Positions 15,532-24,549 of a stretch of 64,000 nt of DNA are shown here, piece after piece. Positions within the stretch are counted from its first letter, which is position 1. Each line of letters opens with the position of its first letter. The notes under the pieces are model-generated. The model made no database searches. It was not told the DNA's origin and saw only the letters and a program-made list of their open reading frames with translations. Made by a program: the position numbers and the translations under genes. Source of the DNA: a virus (lineage: Duplodnaviria; Heunggongvirae; Uroviricota; Caudoviricetes); IMG/VR virus record IMGVR_UViG_3300013800_000004, positions 1-64,000 of that record. One strand, 5' to 3'.

Positions 15532-18000
15532 ATGACCCAGATCACCAAGTTTCCCATTCGCAATTTCAAGGGCGTACCCACCAAGTTTTTCCGCTGTGAG
15601 CGGGAGGACCAGACCACCCAAACGGTGGTGGAGGGGCGCAAGCCCAGCCATCATATTTTGTGCGTGGACAGGAGCGGAAGTATGTACGGCACCATCGGGG
15701 ACGTGAAGAGCACCATCGAGAAGCTCCTCACCCTCACCGAGTTCCGCGACCCGTCCCTCCGCATCTCGCTCATCACCTACTCCAGCCAGGGCGACGTGAA
15801 GCTCCACTTCAAGGGCGTCACCGTGGCCGACGTGATGGCGACCGACTCCCCGCAGCTTCGCGAGATCCGCTCGATCCGCGCCACGTCGATGACGTGCATC
15901 TCGCAGGGATTGGCGCTGGCCGAGTCGCTGATCGACGACGCCGACGTGACGTGCATCACGCTGCACACCGACGGGTACGCCAACGACCGCAGCCCGATGG
16001 CGGAGTCCACGGCCATCAAGGCCACGGTCGAGAAGCTCAAGAAGCACCCCGGTGTGTTTGTGAACTGCATCGGCTACGGCGACTGGTGCGACTACAACCT
16101 CCTGAGCTCCATCTCCAACGCCCTCTCGGGCGTGTGCATCCAGGCCCGCGGCATCGCTCAGGTGTACGAGGCCGTGTACAACACCACGAAGCTCCTCGCG
16201 GGCTCTGTGGCCCCGGCCCTGGAGATCCCCCGCGGCAAGGCCAGCTACGCCTTGTTCGTCTCCACCAGCGCCCGCAAGGTGCTCGGGAGCTCGGACAACC
16301 TTCTCGTTCAGGGCCTCGCGGCGACGGACGACAAGACCGCGTACCGCCTGTACGAGATCACGGAGGCCGAGTACACGGCGCTCCATGCCCCGGTGAACGG
16401 TGAGGACGCCCCGACCGAGCCGGTGCTGGCCTACGCTCGCACCCAGATCGCTGAGGGCCGCCTGAACGCGGCCAAGTACGCCCTCGTCCAGACGCGCTGC
16501 CACGACCTCATCGGCGGGCACGCCAAGGCGCTTGTGGCCTCGGACATCGCGGCCTTCGCGGCGGCGACCGAGGAGTACCTGTTCGACCGCAAGGTGTTCA
16601 CGCCCACGACCAACTACGGCCTCGGCACCACGGGTCCGTCGGTCCTGGAGGTGCTCACGTACCTCAACGCGCACACCGAGAACCTCTCGGTGAACCTCCC
16701 GGCCCTCGCCTCGGGCTACCGTCGCCGGGGTGTCAAGCGCATCCCCGGCACCCGCCTCGCGGACGGATCGGTCGAGGAGCCCACGGTCTTCTCCAAGAGC
16801 CGCGAGGGCGACGGCTGGGTCAAGGTCAACGGCTTCGAGCTCAACCGCAACACCGCGACGGCCAACATGCTGCTCTCGCAGCCCCTCGACCTGTTCGCCA
16901 AGGGGTCTACCACCCGCATCGCCAGCGTCGCGGGCGTGTCCCTCGACAACCTCCGCAGCTTCAACAACTACACCATCGTGGGCGACGGGTCGCTCAACGT
17001 CGCCAGCCTCACCCTCCGCACGGCGGACCAGAAGGTGATCGACGGCCTCCGTGCGATGGGCCTCAACGTCTCGCAGCCCAACGTGCGCGCCGACGCCAAG
17101 GCTGGTGAGCCCTTCAACATCATCCTCTCGGGCCTCCCGCTGGTGGACTACGACCTGAACGTCGGCGGCGTGGACATCACCACGGTCCAGAACCTCACGC
17201 GCCTCACGGTGCTGAGCAAGATCCTCAACGGCATGGTGAAGGGTGACGCCTCGGGGTTCACCACCGAACAGGTGGCCGAGCTCAAGGCCCACTACCTCAC
17301 CCCGGCGCTGAACTTCAGCCCGCCGACGACCACCAGCTACGCCAAGCTGGAGGATGCCCTCGCCACGGGCGAAGTGGACACGAAGCTCTCGTTCAAGGTC
17401 AACGTCGGCACCGCGGCCATCACGGGGGCGGACAAGCTCCGGTCGGGCAACGAGTACCTCCAGCGCCGGTTCACCCTCTCCCTTCTCGGCAAGGACGTGG
17501 AGAAGCCCACGCTCGACATGATCACCCTCCCCGACACCGTGTGGGGCGTGAAGAAGCTCACTGCCCGCACCACCCTCGACGCGGTGGACGAGGTCTCCTA
17601 CCCCATCTACGAGGGCATCCTGGGCCTCGGGACGGGCACGGAGCTCAAGGCGCTCCTGACGCTGGTTGGGTGCGTGGACCCGGACCTCTGGATCGCGAGC
17701 CTCAAGGGCGAGAACGCCAAGGCGAGTGTCAAGGACGCCATTCGGTTCGTGGACCTCGCCATCGAGCGCGCCTACAACGTGATCCGCCCGCTGGCCTTCT
17801 ACGTCGGTGCGACCGGGCTGGTCCCTGACACCCTCGCGGCCAAGGCGTACAACGCCGAGGACTTCGCGGCGGCCTACCCTGAGGCGAAGCTCTCCAAGGC
17901 CGAGAAGGAGGAGGGGTCGTTCTTCGTCCTCCCCGACGGCACGGTCCTCAGCGTGTTTGTGAAGGCGGAGCTCTTCAGCACCGCCTCCACCATCGCTTGA
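15532..18000 (+). CDS. Large vWA domain protein (822 aa)
   Basis: ATG with AGGAG SD, downstream of GGGCGTAATAAAAG. N-terminal VDRSGSMYG…ITYSSQG…ITLHTDGYAND is a vWA/MIDAS domain. The antisense ORF 15358..18054 is an artefact. Confidence 0.7.
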   Translation: MTQITKFPIRNFKGVPTKFFRCEREDQTTQTVVEGRKPSHHILCVDRSGSMYGTIGDVKSTIEKLLTLTEFRDPSLRISLITYSSQGDVKLHFKGVTVADVMATDSPQLREIRSIRATSMTCISQGLALAESLIDDADVTCITLHTDGYANDRSPMAESTAIKATVEKLKKHPGVFVNCIGYGDWCDYNLLSSISNALSGVCIQARGIAQVYEAVYNTTKLLAGSVAPALEIPRGKASYALFVSTSARKVLGSSDNLLVQGLAATDDKTAYRLYEITEAEYTALHAPVNGEDAPTEPVLAYARTQIAEGRLNAAKYALVQTRCHDLIGGHAKALVASDIAAFAAATEEYLFDRKVFTPTTNYGLGTTGPSVLEVLTYLNAHTENLSVNLPALASGYRRRGVKRIPGTRLADGSVEEPTVFSKSREGDGWVKVNGFELNRNTATANMLLSQPLDLFAKGSTTRIASVAGVSLDNLRSFNNYTIVGDGSLNVASLTLRTADQKVIDGLRAMGLNVSQPNVRADAKAGEPFNIILSGLPLVDYDLNVGGVDITTVQNLTRLTVLSKILNGMVKGDASGFTTEQVAELKAHYLTPALNFSPPTTTSYAKLEDALATGEVDTKLSFKVNVGTAAITGADKLRSGNEYLQRRFTLSLLGKDVEKPTLDMITLPDTVWGVKKLTARTTLDAVDEVSYPIYEGILGLGTGTELKALLTLVGCVDPDLWIASLKGENAKASVKDAIRFVDLAIERAYNVIRPLAFYVGATGLVPDTLAAKAYNAEDFAAAYPEAKLSKAEKEEGSFFVLPDGTVLSVFVKAELFSTASTIA

Positions 18001-18014
18001 CCCACACACCCCTC

Positions 18015-18056
18015 GCCGGGCCGGTCGGAGTTGTCCGACCGGCCCGGTCCTCATTT
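18015..18056 (+). terminator. Rho-independent-like terminator after the large vWA gene
   Basis: GCCGGGCCGGTCGGA-gttg-TCCGACCGGCCCGG (14-bp stem) followed by TCCTCATTTGG. Confidence 0.5.
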
Positions 18057-18092
18057 GGGGTTCCTGGTCTATCGTTCTCGCAGGGGGAGATC

Positions 18093-18353
18093 ATGAAGAA
18101 GCTCACAACCCCCTTGGAAGACCACAGAATCCCCGAGAACTTTGTGGTCCGGGAGCACGTTCTTGAACTCCTGGCCCCTGAAATCCGAGCCCTCAAGTGT
18201 CGATGGCTCGCTCGCCATGCGGGGGACCACCCCTCATGTGACTGGTTCTCATGGGAGAGGTCATATCCCGCAGCGGTGCTCGCCGCGAGGGTCCACGGAG
18301 CCACTTGTCCGTTCATGGCAAAGATGAAACGGTCTCGGTCTCGGTCTCGGTGA
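18093..18353 (+). CDS. Hypothetical protein (86 aa) ending KMKRSRSRSR
   Basis: ATG with GGGGGAG SD. The C-terminus is encoded by a (GGTCTC)3 repeat. Confidence 0.5.
   Translation: MKKLTTPLEDHRIPENFVVREHVLELLAPEIRALKCRWLARHAGDHPSCDWFSWERSYPAAVLAARVHGATCPFMAKMKRSRSRSR
18333..18352 (+). repeat. (GGTCTC)3 hexanucleotide tandem repeat encoding the RSRSRS C-terminus
   Basis: Direct reading: cggtctcggtctcggtctcggtg. Confidence 0.6.
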
Positions 18354-18384
18354 TGGGGCTATGGCCTAAGGCCGAAGGAGGACT

Positions 18385-18690
18385 ATGGCAACACCCGACC
18401 CTTTGATGCACTGGTTGGATTTGGGGATGAAGCTGCTTTCCCTGTTGATCCTTCCACTTCTTGGTCTCGGTGTGTCCATGTACACCGAGGCATCCGTTAC
18501 TCGTGAGAGGGTCGCACAGATCCAGCAGGAGACACAGCGGAACCGGACCCAACTGGCTTCTGTGGACACTCGCATCAACCAGATTTCTCTGACCGTGCAG
18601 GAAACCAACGGGCATATCCGCGAGCTCCGCACAGTTCTGGACATCATCCGCGGTCAGATTTCCGACCGCCCCTCAGGGTCCCGCCAATGA
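18385..18690 (+). CDS. Membrane-anchored coiled-coil protein (101 aa)
   Basis: AAGGAGGA SD. N-terminal TM LLSLLILPLLGLGV followed by a Q/E/R-rich helix. Confidence 0.5.
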   Translation: MATPDPLMHWLDLGMKLLSLLILPLLGLGVSMYTEASVTRERVAQIQQETQRNRTQLASVDTRINQISLTVQETNGHIRELRTVLDIIRGQISDRPSGSRQ

Positions 18691-19061
18691 CTCACCCTCT
18701 CCTCCGGCCCATCGAACTCGTCGTGGGCTTTGTGGTTTTGCTGTCCGTCGCTTCGGTGCCTGTTCCCAGGAGAGCGAACGTGACACCGCTTTCACCGCTG
18801 CCAGAGGGGTACACAGCAAGGGTCGAGAACCTTCAACAGCAGACGCAGACTCAAGCACAGGAAGTCACCTCCCTCATGGAGGAGACACGTCGGCTGTCCG
18901 AGGCCCTTCGTGTGCAGCAACAAAACGAGGCGGCCCGACCACGTCGCACGACCCGCAGTCCGGGTATTGTGACCCCACATGAACCCACCCGGACGAACCC
19001 CGCCCTTTCGGCAGGTGTTCGGAGACCGGCAAGCCCACCTGTAGGTGGGTCGGGTCTGTAG
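18687..19061 (+). CDS. Membrane-anchored coiled-coil protein (124 aa), architecturally similar to 18385..18690
   Basis: ATGA start/stop overlap. TM LVVGFVVLLSVASV followed by a coiled-coil. Confidence 0.5.
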   Translation: MTHPLLRPIELVVGFVVLLSVASVPVPRRANVTPLSPLPEGYTARVENLQQQTQTQAQEVTSLMEETRRLSEALRVQQQNEAARPRRTTRSPGIVTPHEPTRTNPALSAGVRRPASPPVGGSGL

Positions 19062-19071
19062 GAGAGAGACC

Positions 19072-19365
19072 ATGGAAGCACCCGTCGGTGAAGTGAAGAA
19101 GTTGACTGAGGAAGAGGCCAAGCAGGTCCACGGCCTGCATCGTCAGGCGCAGGACATCGTCCACGCCATCGGTCAGGCAGAGGTCCACAAGGCCAAGCTC
19201 CTGTCCCAACTGGCGGATGTGGAGAAGAAGGCGCATGAGACCATCGACGCCTTCGGAGCTCGACTGGGCATTCCCCAGGGTGCTGCGTGGCATCTCACCT
19301 CGGACGGCACGGTGGTGATGATCGACCCCAAGACCGGCAGGCCCCTCCCCCCCTCCGACCAGTAG
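19072..19365 (+). CDS. Hypothetical helical protein (97 aa)
   Basis: Internal ATG of ORF 19045 with GGAGAGAG SD. Confidence 0.45.
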   Translation: MEAPVGEVKKLTEEEAKQVHGLHRQAQDIVHAIGQAEVHKAKLLSQLADVEKKAHETIDAFGARLGIPQGAAWHLTSDGTVVMIDPKTGRPLPPSDQ

Positions 19366-19394
19366 CTCGCCTATCCCACACCCTCGGGTGTGAG

Positions 19395-19595
19395 ATGCCG
19401 CACCTCCTACCATCGTCAGCATCGTCTTCGGGGGAAAGCCAAGGTCGAGGCCCACCGAGCGCAGTCTATTTCTTGGACGACACGGACATCGACGCCTTCT
19501 TTGACCTACTGGACGACTCCCTCGGTCTGCCCTTGGAAGTTCGCGCGGTGTCCGACGCTATCGTCCGAGTGATGGGGAGTGATGAAGAACGATAA
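19395..19595 (+). CDS. Small acidic hypothetical protein (66 aa)
   Basis: Internal ATG of ORF 19287..19595. The C-terminus overlaps the next gene's start. Confidence 0.35.
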   Translation: MPHLLPSSASSSGESQGRGPPSAVYFLDDTDIDAFFDLLDDSLGLPLEVRAVSDAIVRVMGSDEER

Positions 19596-20013
19596 ACCAA
19601 CCCTGGAGGCGTTCGGGAAGAAGTGGGTCAAGTATATCAAGGAGGAGGCTAAGAAGGACGCCCTGAAGAGCACCTTCATTCCCCGCACCAAGGAGTTCTA
19701 CAACAGCTTCTCCTACGCGGTTGAGGCCAACGGGATGGTGGTGATCTACTCCACTTGGGAGTGGCTGGAGATCATTACTGAGGGCACCCGAGGGAAGTAC
19801 AAAATGGCATGGCTCACCCAGGAGAGGGGGGTGGACGTAGTGCCGTTGGTGCAGAAGGACGGTACAGTTGCCCTGAGACGCACGCCGCTGACCATTGGCA
19901 AGGCGTGGGTCCACCCCAAGATCGCGAAGCACACGTTCATCAACCGTGCGTATGAACGGGCCCTGGGGGAGATCCTTGGTGAGGTAGTAGAGAAGGCCCT
20001 GGACACCAAATGA
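19579..20013 (+). CDS. Hypothetical protein (144 aa)
   Basis: ATG ORF with balanced composition and an overlapping start. Confidence 0.5.
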   Translation: MMKNDKPTLEAFGKKWVKYIKEEAKKDALKSTFIPRTKEFYNSFSYAVEANGMVVIYSTWEWLEIITEGTRGKYKMAWLTQERGVDVVPLVQKDGTVALRRTPLTIGKAWVHPKIAKHTFINRAYERALGEILGEVVEKALDTK

Positions 20014-20669
20014 CGCTAACCGCCAACGGTGAGGTGACCATCATCTGCCTCACGGATACTGTTCACCTTCACGACATTGGGGTGCACCTCACCCGGGGCC
20101 ATCGGGTGAACGTCCCCATGACACAGGCTATGAGGTCTCGGGACCTCTCCGCGGCCAAGCAGGACGGGACGGTGGCCATTCAGACCATTCGGTCGGCAGC
20201 GACCGTGCGGGCCCAGGAGTTCACCTCCTCGGACACCACCCACTCTCGCGCCCCTCGGCACAGCCCCGCCCCAGGGGGCCCCGATGCCCTTGCAGTGGCC
20301 ATCGAGCGCCTCACACAGGAGGTCCAGGGGATGCGTGTGGACATCACCCGTCTCCAGCAACAGCGTCCTGTAGCGCCCCCTGTAGCGCCCCCTGTTGTGG
20401 TGGACATCCTGGCAGAGCTCAAGGAATACGTTCGGACCCTGCCACAGGTTGGCCGCACCGAGTCGGCCCTCGAATCAATGAGGCCAACCCAACAGGTCCA
20501 GGGATTCCCCCCGGCGGTGGTGGCAGTCGAGGAGATGTTCATCCCCTCGAATCTCACAGGTGGGGCCACGGCATCAGACCTCAAGGTGGCGTCGGAGACG
20601 TCCACCAGTCCCCAACTCACGGGCACAGCGGAAGCTCTCAAGGCTGCACGGAAGAAGCGTGGGCGGTAA
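20010..20669 (+). CDS. Hypothetical protein (219 aa) with a PVAPPVAPPVVV repeat
   Basis: ATGA overlap with the upstream gene. Contains an internal 12-nt tandem repeat. Confidence 0.5.
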   Translation: MTLTANGEVTIICLTDTVHLHDIGVHLTRGHRVNVPMTQAMRSRDLSAAKQDGTVAIQTIRSAATVRAQEFTSSDTTHSRAPRHSPAPGGPDALAVAIERLTQEVQGMRVDITRLQQQRPVAPPVAPPVVVDILAELKEYVRTLPQVGRTESALESMRPTQQVQGFPPAVVAVEEMFIPSNLTGGATASDLKVASETSTSPQLTGTAEALKAARKKRGR

Positions 20670-20802
20670 CAAGGTGCCCCGGACCCGACCCCTGACCACA
20701 AGCCACCCGGCTGTGTATGGTAAGGGGTTCCGACCGAAGCCCAGTGTGGGTGCAACCGACTGTGTGCAGACGGACAATCAAGGAAGCAATGGGAGTTCAG
20801 TG

Positions 20803-21810
20803 ATGGCAGAGAAAATCAAGCAGGAACAACTCGGGGTGGGGTTGGACGTGGGCACGGGCAACGTGGTCTCGGCCCGCAAGACGGGCACTGGGGTCGAGAC
20901 TCGCCGGGTGCGTGACGCCTTCCTGGAGCTCCCCCTGGACGCCAAGAAGATGCTCAAGCTGGCCAACGTCTCCTACGTGGAGCGGACAGACGAGCTCCTC
21001 ATCCTCGGGGATGCAGCGATGGACACGGCCAATATCTTCGGCCGGGAGGCGCGACGGCCATTGTCTGCGGGGTTGGTGAGCTCCTCGGACATCGACGCCA
21101 TGGAGATCCTCGCGCTCCTCATCAAGAACGTCCTTGGAGACCCCCAGACTCCTGGGGAGCACTGTTACTTCTCGGTGCCTGCGTCCCCCGTGGACCGTCC
21201 GGGCCAGGACGTGATCTACCACCGCGGGGTGCTGGAGAAGATCGTTCGGGAGTGCGGGTACACCCCGACAGCGGGCAACGAGGCGATGGCCATCATCTAC
21301 GCCGAGACCGCCAAGGAGAACTTCTCGGGCATCGGTCTGAGCTTCGGGGCGGGGATGACCAACGTGGCGCTTGCACAGGGGACCATCGAGGGTCTGTCCT
21401 TCTCGGTGAGCCGTGGGGGTGACTGGATCGACAACGGCGCGGCCAAGTCCATCGGGAGCACGGCGTCCCGCATGTGCGCCATCAAGGAGAAGGGCGTGGA
21501 CCTGAACGCCCCGGTGGGTCGGGACCAGGAGGCCATCACCTTCTACTACCGCAACCTCATCGAGTACGCGATTGACCAGATCGCCATGCAGTTCATGGCG
21601 ATCCAGGGGAAGTTCTCCCTCCCCCGTCCGATCCCGATCATCGTGTCGGGAGGTACGTCCAAGGCGGGCGGGTTCCTCGACCTGTTCAAGGCGGTGTTCG
21701 AGAAGAAGCGCAAGAAGTTCCCCATCGAGGTGAGTGAGATCCGCGCCGCCACGGACCCCCTCAACGCCGTCGCCAACGGCCTGCTCATCCAAGCGATGCA
21801 GGAGGAGTGA
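20803..21810 (+). CDS. Actin-fold ATPase (ParM/MreB/Alp-like), 335 aa
   Basis: Internal ATG of ORF 20560 with GGGAG SD. Phosphate-1 GLDVGTGNVV, phosphate-2 GLSFGAGMTNVAL, adenosine IPIIVSGGTSKAGGFLDLF. The antisense ORF 20797..22116 is an artefact. Confidence 0.65.
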   Translation: MAEKIKQEQLGVGLDVGTGNVVSARKTGTGVETRRVRDAFLELPLDAKKMLKLANVSYVERTDELLILGDAAMDTANIFGREARRPLSAGLVSSSDIDAMEILALLIKNVLGDPQTPGEHCYFSVPASPVDRPGQDVIYHRGVLEKIVRECGYTPTAGNEAMAIIYAETAKENFSGIGLSFGAGMTNVALAQGTIEGLSFSVSRGGDWIDNGAAKSIGSTASRMCAIKEKGVDLNAPVGRDQEAITFYYRNLIEYAIDQIAMQFMAIQGKFSLPRPIPIIVSGGTSKAGGFLDLFKAVFEKKRKKFPIEVSEIRAATDPLNAVANGLLIQAMQEE

Positions 21811-21813
21811 CCG

Positions 21814-22194
21814 ATGACGGCGAAAGTCAAGGCCGACCTGAAAGACAGGCAGGAGATCCGTTTTGGGTCCGTCCCGGAGGCCACTGAGGCCGACGTGGAT
21901 GAGTGGGAGCTTGGGGCCCCCACCACGGAGGATGACAACACCCCCAGTGTCATCCTCGCGAACATGTTGGACACCCCCACCCCCAAGAAGGAACTCCGAG
22001 ACATCTCCGGTCGGGAGCGTGCCCCGACGGTGGTGGACCGACCTCGTCCGGGTGGCGGCACGCTCATCGGTGTGGGGTGTGAAGTATCCAAGGCCAGCCC
22101 CCCCAAGAAGCCCCATGGAAAGTCTGCGAAGATTCTGGTGACAGATGCAGAAGATGGGACTGTGATTCCCCAGTCGTGGAAGGACTACCTGTGA
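21814..22194 (+). CDS. Hypothetical protein (126 aa) immediately downstream of the actin-like gene; possible adaptor partner
   Basis: ATG 4 nt after the stop of 20803..21810. Acidic N-terminus, basic C-terminus. Confidence 0.45.
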   Translation: MTAKVKADLKDRQEIRFGSVPEATEADVDEWELGAPTTEDDNTPSVILANMLDTPTPKKELRDISGRERAPTVVDRPRPGGGTLIGVGCEVSKASPPKKPHGKSAKILVTDAEDGTVIPQSWKDYL

Positions 22195-22580
22195 GCTCAG
22201 ATTTCAAGCCTGAAAACATCAAGAAGATCGCACGAGACAAGGCGATGCAGTGGTACCGGCGCATCGAGGACCGCGTCGCACCCGTGGTGGTGTTCAGCGG
22301 TCTCATCGTCGAGAGCACCGCCAAGTGGGCCTCCCAGAAGCGGAACCAGCACACGACCTATTTCCAGGTCAAGCGGTTCCTGGAGAGCCCGTGCCGGAAC
22401 CTCGCTGGGTTCCTCCGTGCCCGCGAGGTCGAGGCCCTGTCGACCCTCTGGGGACTCTCGTGGGTGAGTCCCGGCTACTCGAACCCCCGAAAGGTCTACC
22501 CGGTCATCTGGGTAGGCAGGACAGCCCCGGACACCGTTGGAGACTCTCTGACGCCCCGCAAAGACTCCCCGACGGAGTGA
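22176..22580 (+). CDS. Hypothetical protein (about 130 aa; GTG at 22176 or 22191)
   Basis: GTG-start ORF overlapping the previous stop. Confidence 0.45.
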   Translation: MEGLPVSSDFKPENIKKIARDKAMQWYRRIEDRVAPVVVFSGLIVESTAKWASQKRNQHTTYFQVKRFLESPCRNLAGFLRAREVEALSTLWGLSWVSPGYSNPRKVYPVIWVGRTAPDTVGDSLTPRKDSPTE

Positions 22581-22638
22581 CAGGGCGGCACCGTCCCTAT
22601 CTCTCCTTTCGCCCCTGATCCATGAAGGACGGTGTGCC

Positions 22639-23757
22639 TTGTACTTCTACCTCACATCTGCCGTCAAAAATCGACTCATCCATGAGCTCCGTGGATACTG
22701 GGCGTCACACCCCAAGTACCAGGATCTCATCGACAACGTGCAGGGGAAGTACAGTTTCTCCCAACGGCCCCAGTACGGCATCATCCTCAAGACTGGGAGT
22801 GCCAATCGGGTGCAGTTGTCCGCGGACAACTTCGTGGGGACGGTGCAGAGCTTCGTCACCCTCGCCAAGATCCCGGGCTATCAGGGCACGTCGGTGGAGT
22901 GGGTGCGTGAGGACTCACTGGCCATCCAGGCCAACGGCGGGAGGTTCCCGACAGAGGCCGGGGTGTACTACTGCGAGATGACCGAGGACGACCAGTTCTA
23001 CGTGGACCCCCTCTTGGACGTTCGGGGGGAGGCTCTCACAATGGTCAATCGGGCGGAGGGGGTGCTCCAGCAGGTCCCCTACCCGGACAGTCTCCGTCTT
23101 GTGGAGCTTCCTGGTGGGGGCCTTGTCTCTCCGGCGAGCTACACCATCGGTGAGGATGGGGTGACGGTGTACTTTCGGGAGGCACTGCCCACTGGAGTAT
23201 CCGTGGTGGCGTACTACCGCTACACCGGGACCAGCACTGGCCCATGGGAAGCTAAGCCCTACACGGGCTACAACAAGGCCATTCCGGGGTGTGTGCTAGC
23301 CTTTGGTCGCCGGGCACAAAAGGGCGACCGCTTCGCGGTGGTGGTCACACCTACCCGTGAGGATGCCTACCTGGAGTACGGCGGCCGGTGGGACTTGAGC
23401 ATCGACATCGACGTGGTGGCGCGCGATGTGAACTCACAGATGGAGATCGCGGACCAGACAGCGATGTTCCTCTGGGCCACTCTCCGTGGCAACCTTGTGG
23501 ACCAAGGACTGGACATCACCGAGGTGAGCATGGGTGGGGAGAGCGAGGAGGTGTACGACGAGAACGGCGACGACTACTTCTACAACTCCACCATCTCCAT
23601 GACCGTCCAGACCGATTGGTTCGCCTTCGTGCCCATCCTCCCGAGAATCCTGACCGTCTCGGAGACAGTGACAGGCCTCCCCCAGGGTCTCACCCTTGCG
23701 GCCTACCGTGACCCGTTCTTCGGGGCCAAGTTCGCCAGCTACGAGACTGTGAGCTAA
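22639..23757 (+). CDS. Hypothetical protein (372 aa), possibly structural
   Basis: TTG start with AAGGACGG SD 8 nt upstream. β-rich composition. Confidence 0.5.
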   Translation: MYFYLTSAVKNRLIHELRGYWASHPKYQDLIDNVQGKYSFSQRPQYGIILKTGSANRVQLSADNFVGTVQSFVTLAKIPGYQGTSVEWVREDSLAIQANGGRFPTEAGVYYCEMTEDDQFYVDPLLDVRGEALTMVNRAEGVLQQVPYPDSLRLVELPGGGLVSPASYTIGEDGVTVYFREALPTGVSVVAYYRYTGTSTGPWEAKPYTGYNKAIPGCVLAFGRRAQKGDRFAVVVTPTREDAYLEYGGRWDLSIDIDVVARDVNSQMEIADQTAMFLWATLRGNLVDQGLDITEVSMGGESEEVYDENGDDYFYNSTISMTVQTDWFAFVPILPRILTVSETVTGLPQGLTLAAYRDPFFGAKFASYETVS

Positions 23758-23758
23758 C

Positions 23759-24196
23759 ATGCCCACGTACCGATTCCAGTGTGAGAAGTGCGGTCTGAAC
23801 TTCACCGCCCAACGGGCTGTGGACACCACCTCCACCAAGTGTGACTGTGGAGAGGTGGCCCCTCGGGTACTCCCCCATGGCGTGAACGTCACCGTGTCAG
23901 GCGGGAACGTGGACACCCGCACGGAGTCCGTCGGGATCTCGGCCATCGACTACGGGTTTGACCGTGCTGTGGGGGAGTCCGCCAAGAAGAACTGGAATGG
24001 CATCCGAAGTCGCCAGCGAGACAAGCTCGATGTGGTTCGGGCGAACGGGGTGACGGGGTGGGATCTGACCAGGAGACCGGACGGCACCTACGGGGTGATG
24101 AGCCCCGAACAGCGTGCTGCCAGTGAGCGGTCCCGTGCGTTCCACTTCAAGATGGTGGATCACGGACGGGCGATCACCGGGAAGAAGCCGGGCTAG
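23759..24196 (+). CDS. FmdB-type zinc-ribbon protein (145 aa)
   Basis: MPTYRFQCEKCGLNF…KCDCG, the CxxC…CxxC FmdB regulatory zinc-ribbon signature. Confidence 0.5.
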   Translation: MPTYRFQCEKCGLNFTAQRAVDTTSTKCDCGEVAPRVLPHGVNVTVSGGNVDTRTESVGISAIDYGFDRAVGESAKKNWNGIRSRQRDKLDVVRANGVTGWDLTRRPDGTYGVMSPEQRAASERSRAFHFKMVDHGRAITGKKPG

Positions 24197-24510
24197 TCCC
24201 AGCGGTTGGACTCGGGGCTGTTGTCCGGGTCGGGGTAGCCCCGGCTCGTCCCGAACTGCTCCCGCCACTTGTCCTGCGACTCCATGAGGATGGAGTAGTT
24301 GTAGCCGTGGCCGGGGCGCTCCTCGACGGAGACGAACCACTCGGGCTTCCCGGCGCTGATGCCCACCTCCACCTTGGAGATCTTGCAGAGACCTCCCTGG
24401 AAGTCGTCCGCGCCGTGGGACATGTACAGAGACGTGCCCACGTACACCTCATCCCCGACCTTGGGGCGGGGGGTGGTGGGGAGCTTGGTGTCTGGGTCGG
24501 TGGGGGCCAT
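24193..24510 (-). CDS. Hypothetical protein (106 aa)
   Basis: Internal Met MAPTDPDTKLP… of ORF 24193..24666, directly preceded by GGGCGTAACCCAAGC. Confidence 0.5.
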   Translation of the reverse strand: MAPTDPDTKLPTTPRPKVGDEVYVGTSLYMSHGADDFQGGLCKISKVEVGISAGKPEWFVSVEERPGHGYNYSILMESQDKWREQFGTSRGYPDPDNSPESNRWD

Positions 24511-24528
24511 GCTTGGGTTACGCCCAGG
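24511..24528 (-). promoter_or_regulatory. Class-1 variant CCTGGGCGTAACCCAAGC abutting the ATG of 24193..24510
   Basis: GGGCGTAA plus 7 nt plus ATG. Confidence 0.4.
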
Positions 24529-24548
24529 CATGTGTATGTAGGTGGGGT

Positions 24549-24549
24549 T
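24549..24549 (-). other. This 1-nt entry is a placeholder, not a feature; ignore it (see CDS 24549..25274).
   Basis: Not a feature. Confidence 0.

Noticed and set aside
15358-18054. 898-aa minus-strand ORF
   Set aside because: It is exactly antisense to the 822-aa vWA gene, which has an SD and a canonical MIDAS motif. Its composition is R/G/D/H/V-rich and low-complexity, a typical high-GC antisense artefact.
20797-22116. 439-aa minus-strand ORF
   Set aside because: Antisense to the actin-like ATPase gene and its partner, which have clear motifs and an SD.
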